Assembly (NCBI GenBank): GCA_963766075.1
Contig: CAVYAN010000025.1
Location: 1-32,128, forward strand
Direction: 5' to 3'
Length of the DNA: 32,128 bases
DNA from: an uncultured cyanobacterium
GTDB taxonomy: Bacteria; Cyanobacteriota; Cyanobacteriia; Leptolyngbyales; Leptolyngbyaceae
The notes under the pieces are model-generated. The model was given only the letters and a program-made list of their open reading frames with translations. It did no database searches and was not told where the DNA came from. How positions within the stretch are numbered: the stretch's first letter is position 1; every line of letters begins with the position of its first letter. Below, piece by piece: positions 18,401 through 27,443 of the stretch. The translations under genes and the position numbers were made by a program.

Positions 18401-19084
18401 TTAGGGTGTAGGGGGCTGCTTCTGGGGGGTGGCCGATGGTTCTGTTGAGGGGGTTGGGCTGGGAGATGGCTCTGGGGGCGATTGCTGCCATTCTGCTTCT
18501 GGTCGGAGCACAGCATTTTGAAAATCCAGCGGCACCAGCAGCACGGTCACTTCTGAGGTGGGGGGATCCGGGGGATCAATTTGGGCATACAGGCTGGTGT
18601 TATTGAACAGCGTTTTGCCCAGCACTAGACGATGATTGGTTTGATTCTTCAGCTTGACGTTGATTTTGGCGAAGGGACGGTCTAGTTCAAACTCGGCCAG
18701 TCGCGTAGAGGGCACCTTGACGGCTTGTTGGCTGCTACCGGTTGCTAATAAATTTAGCAAAAACGCGATCGCCCCATCGTTGGCTGGAGCCACCCGAGGT
18801 GATGTCATTTGCCAAAGCGTTGCCTGACTCGCTGCCGGACTTGCTGCTGGACTGGATGCTGGACTGGATGTCGGACTCGCTGCCGTCGTCCGTTCAAAGG
18901 CCAAGGATTTGGTCAACGTGGTTACCGTGAAGGCTTGCACATCCGCTTCCTGAAAGCTGAATAATTTATTAGTCTGAATGTTGCCCGCCTCTCGTCCGGG
19001 ATCAGCCCGGATCGTCACATAGACTGCGCCCCCTAATAGAACGGCGATCGCCCACAGCACCATTGAAGTTTTCTGAAGTTTCAT
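18401..19084 (-). CDS. DUF4340 domain protein
   Basis: N-terminal anchor MKLQKTSMVLWAIAVLLGGAVY, W..P, L.EFELD.P, L.LGK..FN..YAQ; last gene of the Gld-like ABC cluster. Confidence 0.8.
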   Translation of the reverse strand: MKLQKTSMVLWAIAVLLGGAVYVTIRADPGREAGNIQTNKLFSFQEADVQAFTVTTLTKSLAFERTTAASPTSSPASSPAASPAASQATLWQMTSPRVAPANDGAIAFLLNLLATGSSQQAVKVPSTRLAEFELDRPFAKINVKLKNQTNHRLVLGKTLFNNTSLYAQIDPPDPPTSEVTVLLVPLDFQNAVLRPEAEWQQSPPEPSPSPTPSTEPSATPQKQPPTP

Positions 19085-19106
19085 CGCTTTCCTCTTGCAG
19101 CATCCT

Positions 19107-20846
19107 TTACCGTCGCCGCCACCAGACCACAAACGCCGTCCCAAAGGCGAGCAAGGGCAAAATTCCTAATGCGGTCCAGCCCGCCAGACCTGCTTGTTGG
19201 GCACTCATCGTCACCCGTCGATTCTTAGACTCCTTTGGGCGAATCGATAACCCTTCCTGGCTTTCGGGCTGGCTGAGCCACCGCACTGCATTCAGAAAAA
19301 CATCTCCGTTAATGGCTTGATCAAATGCGCCATTAATCGCAAAGCTAGAGTTGCCGATGACAACTAGGCGCGCTTCCTTGGCTGGCTGGGTCAGCGCTGG
19401 GCTGGGCATTGGTTGGGGACTGGGGCTAGTTGTAGGACTGGCCGTGGGGTTGGCTGTAGGACTGGCTGTAGGACTGGCTGTAGGACTGGGGGCAGGCGGT
19501 TTGACAGCAGGCCGGGTGAGTGCAAAGCCGAGAACTAGGGGACCGGGGCGATCGCTCTTGGCATCAAACTTGAGCGGCTGGGTTTTCACATCCCGTTCTC
19601 CCCAACTTTTCTCACTCGTGAACAGGAGGGGAACGGCCTGGGTGCCGGTCATCGATTTCACATCAACGGGTCTAGCCAAGGGATAAAAGGAGATGTTGCC
19701 GCCAAAATCGCGGGTAATGGGATGATTTCCATACTGAGTTACCGAGACATAGGCCGGCCCTAATTCTCCCAATCGGCGCGAGGCATCAACGGCAACCCGA
19801 TCATCTACGGTTACGCCCCAATCATTCAATAAACTGTCCAATGCAGGATTGGTATTCGGATCAATCATCAACAGGACACTGCCGCCCTGCTTTAGGTAAT
19901 CCTGCAAGGCCGCAATTTCCGGCGGAAATAGGGCACTTCCAGCTCCCGCGACCACAATGACATCGGCATTTTCCGGGAATCCGCCCTGGGCTAAATTCAG
20001 GGGCTGAACATCAAAGCTTTTGGCCTGTAAGGCCGTCACCGCCTGGGATAGGGAACCTCGCCCCTCATCTAGGGGATGTTCCCCATGCCCCTGCAAAAAA
20101 TACGCCGTAAACTTGCGATCGCTGAGCACCTTATCCAGGGCATTGGTCAGCTTAGATTCTAAAAGTCTATCCCGTTGGTTCACTGTCTGCACAAATTCAC
20201 GGCGCTGCTTCGGCTGTTTCGGTGCAACTTCCAAAAAAACATCGCCCACATTCTTCATCTCGAAGTCTTGCACCAGTCCGGGCTGGAAATTCGGATTGAC
20301 AAACTCAAAGCTCACCTGGTTGCTTTGGCGCTGGTAACTGGTGAGCAGTTCCCGGTCCTGGGGATTGGGCTGAGGATCGAACACCCAGAATTTGACTGGC
20401 TGCTTCAGTTTTTGGACTAACTGCCGTGTTTCCGGAGCCAAGGTGAAAATCTTGTTCTCGGTCAAATCTACGCGGCTGGCATAGCGTGCCCCCAGAAAAT
20501 TAACCAAGCCCAAAATGACCAGAACGGCCAGTGTCGCCACTAATCCATTGGTGCTGACTTGCAGCGATCGCCGTCCCCACAAACCGTTCCCCGTCACGCT
20601 GCGAGGCTGCCGACTCTGGACCACAAGCCACAGCATGCCCACCGCGACACCGGCTAGGATGAGGCCCAGGGATACTCCATTCCACCCCGCGATTACGCCT
20701 GCCGAAATTCCCGCCACGACCAACATCGGCCCCACGAGAAAAACCGCATTGGGAACGGCGATCGCGGGAAGCTGCCGCTTTGGCAATGTTGAGGATGATT
20801 TTGGGGGCGATTTTGGGGCCGATTTAGCGGGTAACTTGGGTTTCAT
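19107..20846 (-). CDS. GldG-family ABC auxiliary component
   Basis: RVDLTENKIFTLAP, YFLQGHGE, HPIT, RLVVIGNSSF, N.D.FLNAV.WL, C-terminal TM ending WWRRR. Confidence 0.88.
   Translation of the reverse strand: MKPKLPAKSAPKSPPKSSSTLPKRQLPAIAVPNAVFLVGPMLVVAGISAGVIAGWNGVSLGLILAGVAVGMLWLVVQSRQPRSVTGNGLWGRRSLQVSTNGLVATLAVLVILGLVNFLGARYASRVDLTENKIFTLAPETRQLVQKLKQPVKFWVFDPQPNPQDRELLTSYQRQSNQVSFEFVNPNFQPGLVQDFEMKNVGDVFLEVAPKQPKQRREFVQTVNQRDRLLESKLTNALDKVLSDRKFTAYFLQGHGEHPLDEGRGSLSQAVTALQAKSFDVQPLNLAQGGFPENADVIVVAGAGSALFPPEIAALQDYLKQGGSVLLMIDPNTNPALDSLLNDWGVTVDDRVAVDASRRLGELGPAYVSVTQYGNHPITRDFGGNISFYPLARPVDVKSMTGTQAVPLLFTSEKSWGERDVKTQPLKFDAKSDRPGPLVLGFALTRPAVKPPAPSPTASPTASPTANPTASPTTSPSPQPMPSPALTQPAKEARLVVIGNSSFAINGAFDQAINGDVFLNAVRWLSQPESQEGLSIRPKESKNRRVTMSAQQAGLAGWTALGILPLLAFGTAFVVWWRRR
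19431..19490 (-). repeat. 12-nt coding tandem repeat (SPTA)n in the GldG-like gene
   Basis: TGTAGGACTGGC units, about 4-5 with one degenerate. Confidence 0.8.
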
Positions 20847-20881
20847 CGGGAAGACGGGAGAGGGGGTTGGATGTAGGAGGT

Positions 20882-20923
20882 TAGATTTTGGATTCTAGAT
20901 TTTGGATTCTAGATTTTGGATTC
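20882..20923. repeat. 3 x TAGATTTTGGATTC tandem repeat (heptamer-based, STRR-like)
   Basis: Three exact 14-mers in the permease-GldG intergenic region. Confidence 0.9.
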
Positions 20924-21013
20924 TGGACTTACGGCTTTGAGCTGTTTTGGCTTTGAGCCATTCTGACTTTGAAGAACCGTGGGGTCGGGCTGGTTCTGAT
21001 CCGTCTGGGGCCG

Positions 21014-21829
21014 TTAATTTCTCTGAAACCTAAAGACATCAATCGATTGAGCGGTTAAGAAGATGCCAAGGACAATATAGCTGCCAAACAAAACCAAGCT
21101 GCTGGTATCAAAAATGCCCTGGGTCAGGTTGGTGTAGTGTTGTAGCAGGGATAAATAGCCCAAGGCTGCCCCCATTGGGCCGCCAATGCTGGTGCCCACC
21201 AAGTCAATAATCCATAAAAATAACACCAAGCCAAAGGTAAACACTGCGGCCAGAATCGTACTGTCCGTCAATGAAGAAATGAACATGCCCAGGGAAAGCA
21301 CTGCCGTGGCCAATAGCAAGAGTCCGGCATGGCCCAGTAAAACAATCGCGATGCTCACAGGTGGCTGCGTGGTGCTGAACGCGATCGCCTCATAAATTAA
21401 CAGCGGCACCACCATCGTGGTAAAAAATGTGGCCACCCCCAACAGCTTGCCCACGGCTACCGCCCAGTTGGTAATGGGTGAAGTGGCTAACAACTCCAGG
21501 GTGCCCCGCTTTCGCTCCTCCGCGTAGAGGCCCATGGACAAAATCGGCAGGACGAACAGCGATACCGAACCGAGCACTCCCAGAAAAAGCTGGAGAAACT
21601 GAGCTGGCACGTCGAAGGGGGGCACGGGGACTCCCAATTGCTGGGCCTGCAACACTTGGCTATCCGCTTGCACATTCAAGCTACTGGTGGGGTCTAGGAG
21701 CAGCACGTAAAAAAAATACCCCGCCAGTAGCCAAAACAAGCCCGCCACCGTATAAGCCAGGGGCGAAGCAAAGTAGCTCTGCAATTCCCGACGATAAATC
21801 GCCAAAATATTTGAAAAAATTATGCCCAT
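21014..21829 (-). CDS. ABC-2 permease (GldF-like)
   Basis: RELQSYFASPLAY, YAEERKRGTLELLATSP, GK, multiple TM helices. Confidence 0.9.
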   Translation of the reverse strand: MGIIFSNILAIYRRELQSYFASPLAYTVAGLFWLLAGYFFYVLLLDPTSSLNVQADSQVLQAQQLGVPVPPFDVPAQFLQLFLGVLGSVSLFVLPILSMGLYAEERKRGTLELLATSPITNWAVAVGKLLGVATFFTTMVVPLLIYEAIAFSTTQPPVSIAIVLLGHAGLLLLATAVLSLGMFISSLTDSTILAAVFTFGLVLFLWIIDLVGTSIGGPMGAALGYLSLLQHYTNLTQGIFDTSSLVLFGSYIVLGIFLTAQSIDVFRFQRN

Positions 21830-21842
21830 AGGGTTGGCGCTC

Positions 21843-22853
21843 TTATCCGGCTTGGTTGATTTCAGGAGAGGTTTCAGGATTGGGTTCCAGACTGGTTTCG
21901 GGGGCGGCGATCGCCCGGTCGGCCATGGTCAATTGCAAAAACACATCCTCCAAACTGGCATGGGTGCGGCGCATTTCGTACAGGCCCAATCCTTGACCCA
22001 CCACCATGGCGGCAATGTCTTTACCCACCAGTTCGGCTCCAGAATGCGCCACCACCCGCAGCGTATGGCGATGGGGCAGCGTTCCGGGCAGTACTTCCAG
22101 GGTTGCCACACTCTCCAGTGCCTGCAGGGAAGCTTGGACGCTGGCAACTTCGCCCTCTACATCCAACTCATATCCAGACCCCACGGCTAATTGCGCCATC
22201 AGTCGCTCGGGTGTGTTGGTGGCGACGACCTTGCCGCGATTGATGATGGCTACGCGATCGCAGGTGACACTCACCTCGGGCAAGATGTGGGTTGATAGCA
22301 GCACGGTATGGTTGCCCGCCAGGTTTTTAATTAAATTCCGCACCTCGATAATCTGGCGCGGATCTAGACCCACGGTGGGTTCATCCAAAATAATAGCGGG
22401 CGGATCGTGGACAATTGCTTGGGCAATGCCTACCCGTTGCCGATAACCTTTGGATAGTTTGCGAATTAAGGTATCCTGACGATCGCTCAAATTGCACTGT
22501 TCTAGGGCCAGCTTCACGCGCTGCGGGCGATCGCCCGCACTCACCCCCTTAATCTGCGCTACAAAGTGCAGAAACCCCGCTACGGTCATTTCCGGATACA
22601 GCGGAGGAGTCTCTGGTAAATAGCCAATCCGCTGCCGGACCGCCATCGACTGCTCGTGCACTTCATAGCCTGCAATTTTGGCGGTGCCTGATGTGGCGGG
22701 TAAATAGCCAGCCAAAATCCGCATGGTGGTGGTTTTGCCCGCCCCGTTTGGTCCTAAAAAGCCGAGGATTTCTCCCTTGGCCACGCGAAAGGTGACATCT
22801 GCGATCGCCGAGGTCGATCCATACACCTTGGATAAATGTTCTACTTCAATCAT
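21843..22853 (-). CDS. ABC transporter ATP-binding protein (GldA-like)
   Basis: GPNGAGKTT, LSKGYRQR, ILDEPTVGLDP, STH, SLEDVFL. Confidence 0.93.
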   Translation of the reverse strand: MIEVEHLSKVYGSTSAIADVTFRVAKGEILGFLGPNGAGKTTTMRILAGYLPATSGTAKIAGYEVHEQSMAVRQRIGYLPETPPLYPEMTVAGFLHFVAQIKGVSAGDRPQRVKLALEQCNLSDRQDTLIRKLSKGYRQRVGIAQAIVHDPPAIILDEPTVGLDPRQIIEVRNLIKNLAGNHTVLLSTHILPEVSVTCDRVAIINRGKVVATNTPERLMAQLAVGSGYELDVEGEVASVQASLQALESVATLEVLPGTLPHRHTLRVVAHSGAELVGKDIAAMVVGQGLGLYEMRRTHASLEDVFLQLTMADRAIAAPETSLEPNPETSPEINQAG

Positions 22854-23302
22854 CAGCACCTCACGTTCCGGGGCGATCGGTCGTCACCTCGCTGCACGTC
22901 CCTCCAATGACGGACTAGAGTTCAACTTATCTACACTACGCCCAATCTGTGACAGCGGCATGACCAAAAGATTAAATTTTCCATACCGGGCACTACTGCT
23001 GGGTATGGGCGGATCGCGTTACGGATAGGTGGTTCGCAGCATTCATGCCTACATCGCCACCTACATCGCCACCTGCATTGACAATAGTGACTGAGCTGTA
23101 TGAGTCAATAAAAGTACATCACTCGGTTGCGATGGACATACGTGCAATGCGATGGAAGACAACCGAAGCACGTCTCATAATTCCTGCCAAGGCGCAGTAT
23201 TTGCGGCCAGCATTGTCGCCTTCACTACTCCCGTAAACAGTCCGTCCAGATCCAGGAAAAACACAGGCTTCATTGCCAGAATAACTCCGCCGCCAGCGAT
23301 CT

Positions 23303-24034
23303 TTACGGATCTATACCCAGCGATCGCAGCTTTTCCGCGAGGCGATCGGCTCGTTCTCGTTCTGCCTCGGCCCGCTCTCGTTCCGCCTCGGCTCGTTCTC
23401 GTTCTGCCTCGGCCCGCTCTCGTTCCGCCTCGGCCCGCTTTCGTTCTGCCTCGGCCCGTCGCCGCTGCTCGTCCACTGTCGTAAAGGGACTGCCATCTGG
23501 ATACCAAAGCTGCAACTCGGTTCCGCTCATGTCAAAGCGAACTCCTAAGCGTGGACTCACCCAGTTTTGTGTCTCCGACACTATTCCGAGCCGCTCCCCA
23601 TAGCGCAACCAGCCATAGAGTTCCAGGGCATCGGGATCATAAAGATAGTATTCTTCGACGCCATGGCGATCGTAGAAGGCCAGCTTACGCATCATTTCCA
23701 CGGGGCGATTGCCCGGAGACAAGATTTCAAAAACTACTTGGGGAGGGATATTCGCCTCTTTCCACTGCATATAAGAGCCGCGATACCCCTTAGGTCTGCC
23801 AAACACCACCATGGCATCTGGCGCGATGCGAGTTTTATTGTCTCCTTCGATTGGATACCACAGCAAATCCCCCGCTACAAATACGTTGGCATCGTCGGCA
23901 AATAGCGCCTCTAGATTTTGCTGAATTGTCACAATCCAGCGAAATTGTAGGGTGTTGTCAGACATTGGATTGCCGTCGTAGTCCGGATAGAGGATTTCAG
24001 CAGGCGCTTCAGTGGGAGGTGGAATCAAAACCAT
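23303..24034 (-). CDS. Uma2 (DUF820) family endonuclease with coiled-coil tail
   Basis: YPD.DG.PMSDNT.QF, APDAMVVFG, FEILSPGN, GVEEYYLYDP, (AEAERER)n, LRSLGIDP. Confidence 0.93.
   Translation of the reverse strand: MVLIPPPTEAPAEILYPDYDGNPMSDNTLQFRWIVTIQQNLEALFADDANVFVAGDLLWYPIEGDNKTRIAPDAMVVFGRPKGYRGSYMQWKEANIPPQVVFEILSPGNRPVEMMRKLAFYDRHGVEEYYLYDPDALELYGWLRYGERLGIVSETQNWVSPRLGVRFDMSGTELQLWYPDGSPFTTVDEQRRRAEAERKRAEAERERAEAERERAEAERERAEAERERADRLAEKLRSLGIDP
23346..23458 (-). repeat. 21-nt tandem repeat (about 5 units) encoding RAEAERE heptads
   Basis: TCGGCTCGTTCTCGTTCTGCC and TCGGCCCGCTCTCGTTCCGCC alternate. Confidence 0.9.
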
Positions 24035-24104
24035 AGGAAAGACCTCAGGCGCGATCGCAAGTTGCTTCAGTTTAACGTGCTGGACTTCAATCCACGCAGC
24101 CCGC

Positions 24105-24152
24105 TCACGGATCTATCTCCAGCGATCGCCGCCTTGCTGTGAGGCGATCGGC
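24105..24152 (-). pseudogene. Relic 3' end of a second Uma2 gene
   Basis: 40/48 nt identical to 23303-23350; reads ADRLTARRRSLEIDP* versus ADRLAEKLRSLGIDP*. Confidence 0.7.
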
Positions 24153-24246
24153 CAACGCTGGCAGATCAATCAGGAAATTGCTATTTGAAACGAACTATTG
24201 CCTGCTTCTAGCCGCAGGGCACTTCACCATCCTAGTCACCCGCACG

Positions 24247-24270
24247 AAAAAAGGCTGCCTAGGCAGCCTC
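24247..24270 (-). terminator. psbK terminator
   Basis: AGGCTGCCTAGGCAGCCT palindrome followed by a T-tract on the minus strand. Confidence 0.8.
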
Positions 24271-24296
24271 CGAATCAAATGTTTGATTTTAAATTT

Positions 24297-24434
24297 CTAT
24301 CTAAACCCGATCGCGGCTTGCCAAACAAAGGCCAGCAGCAGGAAGAATACAGGGATAATCGGTAGAATATCAACCAGCGGATCAAAAATCGAATACGCCT
24401 CAGGCAATTTTGCTAACAGCAGAGCAAATTCCAT
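24297..24434 (-). CDS. psbK: Photosystem II protein K
   Basis: [45 protein letters not shown]. Confidence 0.98.
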   Translation of the reverse strand: MEFALLLAKLPEAYSIFDPLVDILPIIPVFFLLLAFVWQAAIGFR

Positions 24435-24516
24435 GGATCGATAACCTCTTCGTACGGCTCTAAGAATTGCCATCGATCTTAACATAGGGCGGTGCAGCAG
24501 AATTAGGCGGATGGGA

Positions 24517-25683
<1,167 letters not shown>

Positions 25684-25993
25684 TTAGCCAGCCTTCCATT
25701 GTGCCATGTCCGGGGGCCCTGTCTAGCCACGTCCACGGCAGATTTCTTGGGGATATTAGCTGGGGCAACTGAGGGATCAACGCCTACAACGGTTGGAGCT
25801 GATATTTAGTCGCCTCTACCGCAAGCACCTCCACAGCAGCCACCAGAGGCATCAGACCTACGCCCAGCAGAATCACTCCACCTCCTCGGAGCCCCATCTC
25901 CCGGTCGTCAGACCTACAGCCACCGTTGCCGAGCCAGCCTACACGAATTTGATAACTCTCTTGATCACTGGCTGTAGACACCCTTTGCATGCC

Positions 25994-26806
25994 TCACCAT
26001 AAAAATGCAACTCCACGTTTGCCCAAAATATAGTCATCAAATACCACAGTTGCCGGTTTGTCCGCCATCCCAAAACATACATGAAGGGGCAGCAAATGCT
26101 CTTCACGGGGGTGACAATAACGGGCGGCGGGTGCTTTCTCCCACTCGATCAGGCGTTTTTCTCGCTCGGACTGAAGCATTGGGCCGGTACAGACCTCAAT
26201 TAGCCAATTTTGAAAGGCATCATTGGCGGGATCCGGTGCACTACCCCCCTGCAAAGAAAATGCGCTCATGTTGTGAAACGAAAACCCAGAGCCGATTATC
26301 AGAATATTGTCATCCATCAATGCGCGTAATGCTTTGCCAAGGGCTAAATGTGCAACCGGGTTAAGCTCATGCAACAGCGACAATTGTAGCGCAGGAATAT
26401 CGGCTTGCGGATACATTAACTTCAGTGGGATAAATAAGCCATGGTCAAAGCCTCGCTGCAAATCAATGTGAGCGGATATATTATTTTCATGCAGTAATCC
26501 GGCAATTCTATTGGCCAGCGCGGGATGCCCAGAGGCTGGGTAAGTAATTTGATAGGCTTCCTCTGGAAACCCGTAATAGTCATAGAACAGGGGAGGGGTT
26601 TGTGCGCCGAGTAGCGTTGCAATGCTTTCTTCCCAATGGGCGCTGATGACGAGGATCGCATCCGGTTTTCTCAGTTGAGATGGAAGCCGACGCATGAAAT
26701 CGGCCAGCGCTTTGTGGCTAGGGTCACCAAGAATTGGCAAGGGGCCTCCGCCATGGGAAATGTAGACAACCTGGGCGTTTTGTTGTGAATTGGTTTGATT
26801 TAGCAT
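25994..26806 (-). CDS. DODA/YgiD-type class III extradiol dioxygenase
   Basis: SHGGGP, ISAHWE, RGFDHG, GSGFSFHN, HPREEHLLPL. Confidence 0.92.
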   Translation of the reverse strand: MLNQTNSQQNAQVVYISHGGGPLPILGDPSHKALADFMRRLPSQLRKPDAILVISAHWEESIATLLGAQTPPLFYDYYGFPEEAYQITYPASGHPALANRIAGLLHENNISAHIDLQRGFDHGLFIPLKLMYPQADIPALQLSLLHELNPVAHLALGKALRALMDDNILIIGSGFSFHNMSAFSLQGGSAPDPANDAFQNWLIEVCTGPMLQSEREKRLIEWEKAPAARYCHPREEHLLPLHVCFGMADKPATVVFDDYILGKRGVAFLW

Positions 26807-26927
26807 GTTTGATTTAGCATAAAAACCTAGGGTCTATCGTTTAAGCTATGCAACTCTAATATCAATATGCCAACAGATTAAGCACCGTAGAGCAAAGTTT
26901 TCAAAGTTTCTGAACCCATATCCTATA

Positions 26928-27200
26928 GGGCTCCTCGATTAATTGATCTGGGCCTGATTGAGGTCTCAAATGAGACGGCATCTGACTAGGCAATGACGCC
27001 TGAGGCTGGCAGTGAACTGATAATCGTCATGGGAACTGAGCATTTGACGAATTTATTCGGCCATTGACGCTGGTTTCACCGCGCGAGTTTCGAGCCAGGT
27101 GAATCGGATCAGGTTGTAAGTCAAATTCTTCAACCCTAATTGAACTTTGGCATTGGCCGGCCCAATCGTGCGCAGGAGCTTGCCACCCATGCCCATAATC
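26928..27200 (-). mobile_element. IS5-family relic: transposase C-terminus and right end
   Basis: Minus-strand 27196-27053 reads MGMGGKLLRTIGPANAKVQLGLKNLTYNLIRFTWLE..*, the IS5 C-terminal RTIG..A...L.NL.YN pattern. Putative terminal repeat TTAATCGAGGAGCCC at 26942-26928. Confidence 0.72.
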
Positions 27201-27310
27201 GTTAGTGTCATGAATTATTCGCGGCTGACCAGAGTATAAAAATGGACTGACGCTGCATAAGGGTTTCAAAAAGCCCCCTACGCGGAGCGCAAATAATTCA
27301 AGACATTAAC
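27201..27310. mobile_element. MITE-like element with 23-bp terminal inverted repeats
   Basis: Left end GTTAGTGTCATGAATTATTCGCG versus reverse complement of right end GTTAATGTCTTGAATTATTTGCG (20/23). Confidence 0.55.
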
Positions 27311-27443
27311 ATTTTCTCCCACCTCGGTCATGCTTGGGCCGCAATCGTCACTGCTCGACCTTGCTGCTAACAGCGAATCGTTGTCCGATCGCTCAAGCCC
27401 ATTAACAAGCGGCATTGACAGTTTTCCCGCTGATTGACCTTCA

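Noticed and set aside
23346..23458. CRISPR array
   Set aside because: Contiguous coding repeats with no spacers, and no cas genes in the window
27027..27269. 80-aa ORF as a novel gene
   Set aside because: Alternative frame of the IS5 relic plus MITE sequence
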